The notes under the pieces: model-generated
Told to the model about the DNA's origin: nothing
The model's input: the letters and a program-made list of their open reading frames with translations, nothing else
Database searches by the model: none
Program-made: the position numbers and the translations under genes
Shown here: piece after piece, positions 13,264 to 24,512 of the stretch
Position numbering within the stretch: position 1 is the stretch's first letter
How the letters are laid out: each line of letters starts with the position of its first letter
Assembly: GCA_051362555.1 (NCBI GenBank)
Contig: CM120640.1
Span: forward strand, 10,664,001 to 10,728,000
Source of the DNA: Lingula anatina
Lineage: Eukaryota; Animalia; Brachiopoda
Reading direction: 5' to 3'
DNA: 64,000 bases

Positions 13264-14409
13264 TATTAATATGTTTGTTGATATGAGGAGTAACTTGTGG
13301 TTTACCATTATGTTTCTTACTAACATCTTTAACTATATTTTATGCCAAACAGCTTGTAGCATTAAGGCATTCTTCAGTAACACAACTGCACTTTGCACAA
13401 TGCTTGTCTAAGTTGCTTAGGGGTATTAATATATAGAGAGTTCAGGAAGAGTGAAGGTTGCATGCTTGTTTCTGTTTTCTGCAGATCCAATTTTTTGGTG
13501 GGATGGTTTATGCAGTACAAACACTTTATGTTCAGTGCAAATACCCTCTCTGGATGACCTACACTTCAATGGGATATGGGGCCACTATAATTGCACTCTT
13601 CCTCAACTTCTACATACAAGAATATGTTCATAAAAAGAACCTCAAGGTAATTTTAGGTGTAGAAGCTTGCTTATTTTTAAATCAATTTGTTTCTTCTGTG
13701 TGTAGATACAGTTTGTGGTTGGCATGGCCCATGCAGCACAGTCACTGCTCCTACAGTGCCCATTCCCCTTGTGGATGCAGGTGGCATTGATTCTCTATGG
13801 AGGCTCAATTTTGGGCCTTTTCCTCAACTTCTATTTCCATGCCTATATCAAATCCAAACGAGATAAGCAGGTAGATATGATGTATTTTAAGACAGAATTA
13901 AACACGTGATTGTATCTATAAGAATACATTGTCATTTGTGAAGGGCATTTGATGATCAGTTGACCAATAATTACTGAAAATTCTGACATTTGTGAAATTT
14001 TTATTGTTAATTTTTCAAAATGTACAATTGTTATATGTTTAACATTATGCAGAATTTACAAAATTGTACCCTTTATATATGTGTGTATATATATGTGATA
14101 AAATTTTTGAAAAGGGACAATTTTTTCCAGTGTAGTAAGTAGCAATGTATATCTGGTCATATTCACCCTTACTTGATCCCTGATTTAATAAACTTTTCAT
14201 GCAAATTAGTTGTTGTACTATCTTGAAAAGCAAAGCTTTATACCATATCTTATAAGAATTATTACTTTTTCCAGTATAAAACCCTGCATACAAATGGCAA
14301 GGGAGACACTAATGAAGGACATATAAATCAAAATGGTCACAGCACAAATGGACATGTGAAGAATGGATATATCAAGAATGGACATATGGCATCAAAAAAA
14401 GAACAGTAG
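10900..14409 (+). CDS. ELOVL4: Very-long-chain fatty acid elongase ELOVL4-like, 311/312 aa, with alternative exon 6a/6b
   Basis: Coding exons 10900-10969 ([23 protein letters not shown]), 11335-11522 (188), 11714-11794 (81), 12117-12288 (172; [20 protein letters not shown]), 12835-12962 (128), then 13485-13646 or 13706-13870, then 14275-14409. Exon sizes 188/81/172/128 match the ELOVL4 layout as I recall it. The C-terminus KKEQ is a KKxx ER-retrieval signal. Confidence 0.95.
12330..12665 (+). mobile_element. Fragment of a dispersed DNA element shared with 52740-53005
   Basis: Shared sequence such as ACACCAGAAAGCAAA...TCAAATCA...TTTGTTTATT.CAAACAG...TGCATG.GCAGT. Confidence 0.55.
13190..13261. 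repeat. (TA)n microsatellite preceded by poly-A
   Basis: Direct reading of the sequence. Confidence 0.95.
13485..13646 (+). CDS. ELOVL4: ELOVL4-like alternative exon 6a (TM6-TM7)
   Basis: ttttctgcag/ATC...AAG/gtaatt, 162 nt, phase 0/0; [54 protein letters not shown]. Confidence 0.85.
13706..13870 (+). CDS. ELOVL4: ELOVL4-like alternative exon 6b (TM6-TM7)
   Basis: tgtgtgtag/ATA...CAG/gtagat, 165 nt, phase 0/0; [55 protein letters not shown]. Confidence 0.9.
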
Positions 14410-15541
14410 AATGTCACTTTTGTGAAGTATTCTTTATGTTCTAGCTGACTGTAGGCTGCAGTATTGTATACCCATAAAGATTTTTTTCATAGTGAATGCA
14501 AGTCCTAAAATTCAGGAACTTTTGCATGTTATTTTAAGCAATCCTTTTTGAAGCAGTGATATCTGTGCACAACTCTGTCAAGCACATGATCAACTTTATG
14601 TGAACAGTTGCAGCCTCTACATTATGAAATATTTGTTGTTAATTGATATAAAACTAGTTTTATTTTTTTTTGTAAGCAATAATTATTTTTAAATATTAGT
14701 GGATAGCATGATTTCTTTTTTATGTGAATGGAAAATCCTGTTTTTAAAACTTCTTGCGGTATGTTTCATCTTCCTGTTCATGACTTTGCTTTTGAGATGA
14801 GTAGGTGAAATAAAGGGCCCAGTGTGTCAGTGTATAAGTCTTCAAATAACGTACATGTCTTCATGTATGTAAGCAACTTTGTCAATTCTGTGAACAGATT
14901 ATCTAGTCTATTGAACAATTATCTTGTATGATATTTTTTATGATGTTAAATGCAAGCAAACAAAATCTTTGGCAGTTACCTTTGTCTCAGTGCAATTCAT
15001 GATTAAAACAGAGATGCACTCAGAGAGGCCAGACCTCCATCAAGGTAGCTCAGTTCTCATTATTTACTAATTTTAATTAATCAATTAAAATTAAATAATG
15101 GATCAATGGAATCAAAGCAGTTGTAAGTTTGGTACTCTCTGACTTTTCTGGAAATTTTAATTAAAATCTGCCCATATCCTTTTGAGTGAAGCCATCAATT
15201 AACTTACCAACAAAGGCAAAAATATAACCTCCTTGGCAGAGGTAACAATGGTAGTTAAAACTTTTGTTGTTTGCAATTGTCAATAAATTTTGTCATACAA
15301 TTGTTCATACCAAGTGCATTATGTCAGCATTTTTTTGTTATCAATTTATTTAGAAACTTAGAATGTTAAATATGGCCAAGGATATCATGCCAAGAATGCA
15401 CAACCTATTTGTATTGCATTGTTAAAAAGTTCTTAGATGTACATTCCAGTTTTGTAACATGAGCATTTTCTTGTATTGATATAATACATGTATTTTTTTG
15501 TCATATTTAATAAATATTAAAAAATGAATTAGACCATATTA

Positions 15542-18232
15542 TTATGTACAGACACAGATGTGTCTGTACATATTGCCATCACCTGCGTCTGTCGTCGCCG
15601 ATGGCGATGCCGATGCCGATGCCGATGCCGATGCCGTGCACTTTCCTTGTAAACACAATAAGTGGAGGGCAGTTTTACTTTTTGGCTTTATATTTACAGA
15701 GCTGATGAATATTCATAAAACGCAGGTCAAGTTCGAAAATCAGCATGATTGGGCCATTATTGTAGAAGATATGCTGTTTTTTCACTTTTCAGCATATTTT
15801 TCACATTTCCTCAGATTCAATTCTTAGGCATGTTAACAGTCTCATTATTAAACTAATAAGATACGTAAAAGTTTTTGTTTGACATTTCCTGCATCTTTAC
15901 AACATTGTTAGTTGATTTTGTAAAAATGACGGTAAACTTGTTATCGTGTATTGTGTAATAAAGTTTCAAAAATGGAAATAAACTCATATCATTGCAGTTT
16001 GTCAGATTCAATTATTCACTATGTTCAGAATCTCAGAATGGAAGAAATTGGACATTTAACACTGCTCTATTGATATTTTTCCCATCTCATCAATTTTCTT
16101 AGTTGATCATATAAAAATGGCAGTAAACTGTTAATTTTGTTTTATGTTAAAAATTGTTAAAAATGGAAAAAAAAAAAAAAAACATTTCAGAACAGTGCTG
16201 TCTTGTTTACATTTTGGCATTTTCAAGTTGTGACTTTGAAGTTCCATGGGCCTGAAGACCTTTGCTAGTCACATTTTCTGAATATCCATGATACTAATAT
16301 TTTATTATTAAAAATTGATGGTCATTATGCTGTTAAACATTATGTAATATTGCATCAAAATTTGAAAAAAACCTATTTTGGGCACTGTTCCCATGATGAC
16401 CATTTAAGAAAAACCATGTCACTTACTGTTCTCAAACAGTACAGTAAATATATATAGATGTGTCTGTACATATTGCCATCACCTGCGTCTGTCGTCCCCG
16501 TCATCGCCGTCGCCAGCGCCCTTCACTTTCATTGTAAACACGATAAGTGGAAGGCAGCTTTACTTTTTGGCTTTATATTTACAGAGCTGATGAATATTCA
16601 TAAAACGCAGGTTAAGTTCGAAAATCAGCATGATCGGGTCATTATTGTAGAAGTTATGCTTTATTTTTCACTTTTCAGCATATATGCAACACTGTAAACA
16701 CATTCCAAGGAAAACCGAAAGGCCTGTTGTCATGAAACTCACAGGAGTAATCTATCTTACTAAAACGCAGGTCAAGTTAGAAAATCGGCATGATCAGGCC
16801 ACTATTTTACTAGTTATGCTTTTTTTTTCACTTTTCAGCATATATGCAACACTGTAAACACAATATAAGAAAAACAGATAGGCCAATTTCATTAAACTCA
16901 CAGGAGTGGTCAATCCTTCTAAAACGCAGGTTGAGTTAAAAGATCAGCATAATTGGGCCATTATTTTAGAAGTTATGTTGTTTTTTCACATTTTCTCAGA
17001 TTCAATTCTTAGCCATGTTGACAGTTTCATTATTTAATTAATAAGATATTTAAAGTGTTTGTTTGACATTTCCTGCATCTTTACAACATTGTTAGTTGAT
17101 TTTGTAAAAATGACGGTAAACTTGTTATCGTGTATTGTGTAATAAAGTTTCAAAAATGGAAATAAACTCATATCATTGCAGTTTGTCAGATTCAATCATT
17201 CACTATGTTCAGAATCTCAGAATGGAAGAAATTGGACATTTAACACTGTTGTATTGATATTTTTCACATCTCATCAATTTTCTTAGTTGATCATATAAAA
17301 ATGGCAGTAACCTATTAATTTTGTTTTATGTTAAAAAAGTGTTAAAAATGAAAAAAAAAAACATTTCAGAACAGTGCAGTCTTGTTTACATTTTGGCATT
17401 TTCAAGTTGTGACTTTGAAGTTCCATGGGCCTGAAGACCTTTGCTAGTCACATTTTCTGAATATCCATGATACTAATATTTTATTATTAAAAATTGATGG
17501 TCATTATGCTGTTAAACATTATGTAATATTGCATCAAAATTTGGAAAAAAAACCTATTTTGGGCACTGCTCCCATGATGACCATTTAAGAAAAACCATGT
17601 CACTTACTGTTCTCAAACTTACAGGAAAGAAACATGGGACTAAAATATAGCTTCAGTAGGCAATGCAATCTGCCAGTTAAACAGTTTTTTTTTGTGAAAT
17701 TTTAATTTTTCACATATTGGCATTTTCAAGGTGTGACTTTGAAGTTCCACAGGCTTGAAGACCCATGCTTGTCACATTTTCTGAAAATCCATGATACGTA
17801 TATTTTATTATTAAAAATTGATTGTCATTATGCTGTTAACCATTATGTAATATTGCATCAGAATAGAAGAAAACACAATTTTGGGTGCTGCTGCCATGAT
17901 GACCATTATGGGAAAACCATGTTACTTATGATTGCCAAAACTTTCAAAAAAGAAATACAGGACTAAAATGCAGCCTGAGTTGGAAAAGCAAACTAATTGA
18001 CTTCTTTTTCTGGAAGTTTTACATTTTCAAAGGGTGAACTTGAACTCCCAAGGGCCTGAAGCCTTATGTTTGTTACACATTTTACTTACATTGGTATTAC
18101 CTGTTGAGCATAATTAGAATTTGATGTTGAATTTGCAGTTTAACATAATGTACTTTTGCATCAGAATTGACAGTAGCCTTTTTGTTATTTCCTGCTTTTT
18201 GTCTGTACATTTGACAGCTTTGCTGCCTTGTT
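15542..18232 (+). mobile_element. Helentron/DINE-1-like element family A, composite copy with two 5' modules
   Basis: 5' palindrome ATGTACAGACAC-AGAT-GTGTCTGTACAT, (GCCGAT/GCCGTC)n microsatellite, ~125-bp internal repeats, 3' TGTCTGTACAT plus hairpin, TT target, no TSD. A second 5' module starts at ~16455. Confidence 0.85.
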
Positions 18233-19221
18233 TCTCATGAGTTTTTATGAAATGTTATAGATATTTAATATGTACAAGACTACGACTGTAAAGGGACACC
18301 TACACTGGGCAAATTATTAGGCAATTCAGGCAAATTAATAGTCATTTAATGCAGTCCAAGCACTGTTCACTTGCATGACGTAACATTTCAACTTTTTACC
18401 AACTATGCAATTTGAATGGGGTGGACTTCACATTGATGCAGTGCTATAGATATAATTCACAAGACCTCCCAAAAATCATCCCATATATTTTTGATGATAA
18501 CTTGATATTACAGTCAAAATATTTGCTCAATCTGTTTTTTTTTTTTTTTTTTTTCTGCTCAAATCAAACCTTACACATTCAGTTAATAACATCTGAAAAT
18601 TTAATTGGAGGTTACTTTCATAACGGACCAAGATATTGCATATGAATAAAAAGTTTATTCTAACAGCTATTCATTTCATATCATTTTATCAAGTAGCAAA
18701 ATAATTTAGGAAAATCAGCGACCAGTCTTGCAGATTATGTGCAAATAGGTGAATAAAAGATCGCGGTCATTATTTTTGAAACTCGATGCAATTTTGGATT
18801 CTATTTATTTATTTATCGAGGGATATAATTATTACTTTTAATATAAATACTGGGCAAGCTGTAGACAGGTTTAAGAAATAGTATGGCTATTATAAATCTA
18901 CTGTCTCTGCTCAGGCTGTTTGACACGTCACTTGGTCCAATGGAAAAAAGTGGAACAATAAATACTTGAAACATCGAGTTGCAAACAACTAAAATATATA
19001 GCGTTTGATTGATTGATTGATTGATGCTTCTTCAATAATGTTTCTTAATCATTATAATTTAAACTGCCTATGTTTTCAAATTTTGCAGGAAAAATTGAAA
19101 TGGAGAAAGGGGCATTTACTTGTACCAAATATAGGCTAACACCGTCCAGTCAGGTTATATTTCCTACTTCAGCGCTAGCGCTTTTATTTTGTCAAGAATG
19201 CTTCTCAGTGAATACTACTAA

Positions 19222-19488
19222 GGCTTCGTTCACATGCAATGTCTATTTTCTAAATTCTATTTTCTATTTGCGGCATGTCTTATGATCACGGTCTGTGCAC
19301 TGAATATCCCGCCGCGTAATTACTGGCAGCGCGAGCCAGTTACTATAAGTTACTATAAGTTACTATAAGTAACTGGCTCGCGCTGCCAGTAATTACGCGG
19401 CGGGATATTCAGTGCACAGACCGTGATCATAAGATAGCGCGAATAGAAAATAGAATTTAGAAAATAGACATTGCATGTGAACGAAGCC
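19222..19488. mobile_element. PIF/Harbinger-type MITE forming a near-perfect 267-bp hairpin
   Basis: TIR GGCTTCGTTCACATGCAATG, TAA TSD on both sides, arms of ~120 bp, centre (AGTTACTATA)x3. Confidence 0.85.
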
Positions 19489-20257
19489 TAACTTTCGTAT
19501 TTTTTTCAAGTTAAACGGCTTTTTAAATTTGGAAATTAAAACACGTATAACTAATTTTATTCTGTGTTGACAATAAAATCCACTCAGCAACACGCTGATA
19601 ACCATCATTTTATGGAAGCGAATGCACGTATATTGTAAACAGCAATAACCTATCAATCCAACATACTACACCAATATGACATTTGTCACTGAAGAGATTT
19701 CTGATTTTGGCCTTAATGTGTGCAGTATGTGTGATCGCGTGCCAAACTTCTGCAGTTGTGCACGAGCTGCTGCATTTGAAAAAGAATCCTACTAACCATA
19801 TGATTTGTAACATTTTAAAATTACAAGCAACAAAGTATATCCCCATGGCATGAGGTCGTCGGGCCGATTGCACATTTCTGCAAGATAAAAGCTTTATCAT
19901 GGGCCTAATCACCTTGTTGATGAAAAGAAAAAATAAATAAATGAATAAAGCTAAAATTTCATCTATAAAGAAAAACTTTTATACGAAGTTTAAGTTGATC
20001 TTTATATATGTATTTTTTGCTTTATTTATTTATTAGCAAGTAAAAGCGACGCGTCGCCCTCAGGCCAACGCGCAGAACAGATCTCGACGAGTCTTACGAG
20101 CGGTCGAGATATTCTCCGTAATTAGTTCTTTTTTTTTTTTTTTTTCAAATTGTATGTCTGCTCGAGAATATGGACAAATTAAGCCATTAAGCTGGAGAAG
20201 CAACCAAAATTCAACTGTTCCTACATGTAGTTACACTATAAATCAAACTTAAATCGT

Positions 20258-20742
20258 TTTAGTAACCAGTGATGGAAATTCAACAAAGGATGTTCGGCAA
20301 TTGAGAATCGGAATGGCAAAGGCCAAAACAAATGAACTGGTTAATATCTGGAAGGACAGAAGTATCCCAACGGCGTTAAAGGTGAAACTTGGACACAATA
20401 ACGTTATAATGTCCAAGGGTGAAATTAGGGAAGAGCTTGATATGGGTGCGAAGGATGTACGGGTGCGAAGGATGGGTAATCAAAAAAGAGCAGGAAAAAC
20501 GAATAGATGCAGATGAAATGTGAATTTATCGAAGAATATGTTACGCATCTCGTGGTGGGAAAGAAGAACGAACGACAGTATTCTTGAGGATCTCGGACTG
20601 AAAGACCAACATACAAAAATGGACAAGAAAAAGTTTAATAGAGGTCACGAGCACGGCAGTTGACAGAAAGCAGTTGAGGGGCTTGACCCATGGACTGTGC
20701 CGACAATTTTCGAAATACGGAGGATCAGGCTGATGATGATGA
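20258..20742 (+). mobile_element. 5'-truncated, degenerate RTE-type LINE (RT C-terminal region)
   Basis: Remnant peptides RIGMAKAK..LVNIWKDRSIPTALKVKL and YGCEGWVIKKEQEKRID..EM*IYRR are typical of RTE-clade RT C-termini. Ends in a (TGA)n tail. Confidence 0.75.
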
Positions 20743-21489
20743 ATATTGGTGTTGGCTATCTTATTTATGTATAACATGCATTCTTTCTCATCAGCCCGTT
20801 TGTAGACAAGTCATGAGGTCCAAGTAGTTGCGCCTCGTAATTTCAGAAAAAAAAAATCTTTTTTAGAAATCTATAGGCCTACCCTCCCAGCTCATGAGGG
20901 GTTCTCCACAACTATCCCTTTTGTGCGTTCTTTCCCAACTTGTACAATGTAGTCGACATAAAAGCGTAAATTGTAGCCTATATAGGGCCTACATGTACAT
21001 GTAGGCCTACTATAGGCCATACGGAATCTTTGCGCCAAATTGTAGGGCCTCCCATTTCTCGACTCGTGCTCGTGAATTCATCGTTTTGCGCCATTTCCAA
21101 TTGAATAATTTTAACAACTTAAAGTTAATGAATAATGGTTCGTTTCAGTCATTTGGACCGCCCATGTCTCCCTGATGTTTTCTTCTCATACCTGAACATG
21201 CATTAAAATTCGGAACATTGACCCGACTTTTACCAAGGAGTTAGGCCTACAACAGTTGTAACTTCTTGCTTTTACACAGCTTTTACTTGAGAAGTTTTTC
21301 TCGTTCTCAAGGTCAGAATTGGAAAAGGTAATTCGGTACGTAGACAGAGAAATATGACTTTGGGTCATGTACAAATGCGTTAAGACATAATGTGACTAAT
21401 ATACCTAAACCAGGGAATTATAGCGTAGACGATATATTTCTGCAGATAAGTAGGGCATGGCCTACAGTACACCGAATCGCCAGTAAATG

Positions 21490-21570
21490 TAACGCATGCG
21501 CAATTTGTTTTCTTCCTGTGCCCTGTTATTCCCTGTCTGTGCTGTTCGAAGAAGACAAATTTCGTCTTGG
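21490..21570 (+). promoter_or_regulatory. Likely promoter/first exon of microprotein gene 1
   Basis: NRF1-like CGCATGCGCA at ~21493, ETS-like CTTCCTG, donor TGG/GTAGGT at 21570/21571. Acceptor tttcag at 21813 precedes the ORF. Confidence 0.45.
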
Positions 21571-21871
21571 GTAGGTGGCTTTTGTACAAGGCAAATAATT
21601 CGTACTTTGCGTTTTAAGAAGACACTGAGAACTCACTTCTGTACTTAATCAGGATGCCTCTGCCGTTACCGGTGGGTAGCTAGAGGATGCTAATTGTAGA
21701 GAGGTGAATAATGTTCAGCTAATATTTCTGTGCAAGTGTAGAAATTTATTATTAAATATCACTTACTTGAATGTACAACTATGCGTGGTTGAATGTTTAC
21801 TTTACCATTTCAGAAGAGGAGGACATGTAAATTATTCAAAACAATTCACAAAGTTAATGTACACATTTAAA

Positions 21872-22084
21872 ATGGATCCGAGAAGTGGAAACAGAAGGCA
21901 TTGGAGTGACACAAAAGAGAAATCACATTTTTGGTCTAATTGCACATGCTTGTTCAGTATAATACTGTTGGTGATATTTTCTCTATTCCTGCTGGTAATG
22001 ATTGTATTCGGACGGAAATTTATGACGCCAGAGCTGTATTTGATGGATCTGATAATGGAAAACAGATCACATACTGCACACTAG
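21872..22084 (+). CDS. Uncharacterised single-pass membrane microprotein 1 (70 aa; 75 aa from ATG 21857)
   Basis: MDPRSGNRRHWSDTKEKSHFWSNCTCLFSIILLVIFSLFLLVMIVFGRKFMTPELYLMD..., good Kozak context AAAATGG. Shares SLFLxVxIxFGRxFMTxxLYxxD with 25921-26193. Confidence 0.7.
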   Translation: MDPRSGNRRHWSDTKEKSHFWSNCTCLFSIILLVIFSLFLLVMIVFGRKFMTPELYLMDLIMENRSHTAH

Positions 22085-24218
22085 TACATTTATACTTTCC
22101 TGTTTGCATTGGATATGATATGTGGTTCTGACGAGGTTATGATTATATGCTGAAATTCAAATGCTGTCCTTACATACATGTGTTCTTAATCTGCAAAGCC
22201 TAGAAGAAGACAAACATTTTACCTTTTGAAACCTGTTATATCAGATGAGAACTATATTTATTATATAAACAGTTTCAAGAACCATATCATATCATATCAG
22301 ATAAATCCTATGTTATCTAATGGAATATTGCATTGTTAATCAGGGCTTTCTCTGCAAATAGATGCTTTTCCTCCCAAGATCAGTGAGAAGGTCAGTTGAC
22401 ACCAAGAACATGGAAAAAATGGAAGTTGAACTTGCACAAAAAAGTACTAGTGTGATTAACATTCAACCTTCAGGAAAATATTTCATGTATGGACTTTTGA
22501 TAAAGGTCTTTGGATGGAATAGTTAACGGCCAGTTTGTTTGACTCATTCGTGTTTGATTAAAATTGTGATGCAGAAGCATGAAGGGAAACATTCCTTTAT
22601 AGATGTATACAATTGCAGTATGCATATATAGAATAGCAGGATATATCATTAAATCCCCTCTCCATTTCTTATTTAAGGGGTTCAAAATGTTTAAACGCAC
22701 ACAATGATCCTGTCATCAACAAGGATGTCAATTAAAATAACAATATTTGTCTTTTTAATGGGTTTTGTTTACAAGTTCCAATAACAATTGTAATCATCTG
22801 TTTAGTTGTTCAAAAACAAGTGCAGCTTATCTAGAAAATAGATAGCAGAAAATGTAATTTATGCAAAATTGTTAATATGTTTCTCAACTAAATCTATTTG
22901 AGTAGTAGAAACTGGATTTAGAGAAGATTTGATTCGTTTCTGTTTCAAAACCTGTTTGTATACATGCATATATTTGCTGTTGCTTAGGGTGATTGGTATC
23001 TATATTTACATCTTAGTAGTGTACAAGGTGTTTCTGAAGAGTTTCTTACCTGTGATGCTGAGACAAATGCCTCCCATCTGAATTCCATCCCAAGAGTAAC
23101 TTCCTCTAGATATCTTCCAGTACATTGTATTGTATCTCAATGATATACAAAGAGATGTATGGAGATCCAGGTTTACCACGTAGGCAATGTGAAAGGGAAG
23201 TGATAGTACATTACCCAACAGCTTTCAGACCTTCAAATTATCAGACAACCAAGAAGAATTGGTTGGGAGGTGTACATGGTAACTTAGTTGCTCAGAAAGT
23301 ATTTTAATAAATTGGAAATGAACATTTTTGGACATCAATAAGCTTTCAAATAACTTTCTTTTTTGTAAAGTAATCTGTTATTAAATAGTTATCAACTCTA
23401 GTATTGTTTATTTTGATGTTGCTTTTTAAATGAGCTTGGCCCATGTAATACTGCCACATAAAGGCACAGTTACTGTTAAACACTATACAGGAAATCATTT
23501 ATAGGCTTTCATTCTGTGCCTTGCTTGATTACCTTGAGTGACTGAAAGGTCAAATGTGGACCAAGGACATCTCAGGACCTTAACATTCCAGTAAGACTGT
23601 TCTTGGCGGAGTTTTATTTTATTAATTTATCAAGCACTTTTTTTCAAGTGGAGGTCTGCACTGTCAGAATGCCATCTGGTTATTTTATATTTTCAAATTT
23701 TTATAAATAAAAATATTTACCTGTTGGTTCCGTTTTCTGCTCATCTGCTCATTTCTTTACACCAAAATCTATGAAGGTTGTGTTCTTAGTAGGTGTGTTA
23801 ATTTAAGATAAAAAATAAAAGTTTGCATCTTGTGTTTACGCAGTGTGAGATACACTGGTCTTTGTTGAAACATGCATAATTAAGAAATTGACTTAATTAA
23901 TAACTATGCTATTAAATAAGAGGGTCACTTTAGTGAACCCCCAGGTGACCAAATTAATTTTAATTGGTCCAAACAGTAAAGTGACCTTGTGAGAGGGAGC
24001 AACAGCCCAAACAGTAATCACATGTTGGGACCAGTCTAGAATGCATAGAATACAAAGCAGCGTATAATATATATTGTGAAAAAGCCTTAACAATAAAAGG
24101 CTTAACAATAAGTTGCTTTGCAGTTGATATTTGCACAAACTACCTTCCAAAATGTGTTCCCTTACATACTGTATTCTCCATCCGTTGACTTATCCATTAT
24201 TCTGTCCAATTTGTCTAA

Positions 24219-24512
24219 GAGCCCATTCAGAACAAATGATGCTCAGATCTACTGATCCCAAATCAAATATGGCACACCCTACATGAAATCAAGACTACTA
24301 AATCCCGTAATGGTATCACTGCCTCTACATGCTCCATTTAATGGATAAAAGCTAATCTCCATGGTTGAATTGCAAGGCCCCTGGGGGGGGGGGGGGGGGG
24401 GGGGGGGGGCAGGAGACCATTACAGGATTTAGCAGTCTTGCTTTTACATAGAGTCTGCCATATTTGATCAGCAGATGAGTAGATCCAAGGATCATCTGTT
24501 CTGAATAAGCTC
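24219..24512. mobile_element. MITE with long imperfect TIRs (PIF/Harbinger-like)
   Basis: GAGCCCATTCAGAACA...TGTTCTGAATAAGCTC, TAA/TTA flanks, poly-G in the spacer. A related element lies at 63808-63981. Confidence 0.7.

Noticed and set aside
13087-13411. ORFs with IYIYIY and poly-K/poly-F
   Set aside because: Translations of the (TA)n microsatellite and poly-A run in an intron.
13451-13705. Docking-site/selector RNA pairing controlling exons 6a/6b
   Set aside because: Similar GAAGGTTGC/GAAGCTTGC motifs precede both exons, but I found no convincing complementary docking sequence. The short intron is a simpler explanation.
23040-23210. In-frame TGA readthrough or selenocysteine in one frame (..IVSQ*YTKRC..)
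   Set aside because: No recognisable selenoprotein motif or SECIS, and the coding status of the region is itself unproven.
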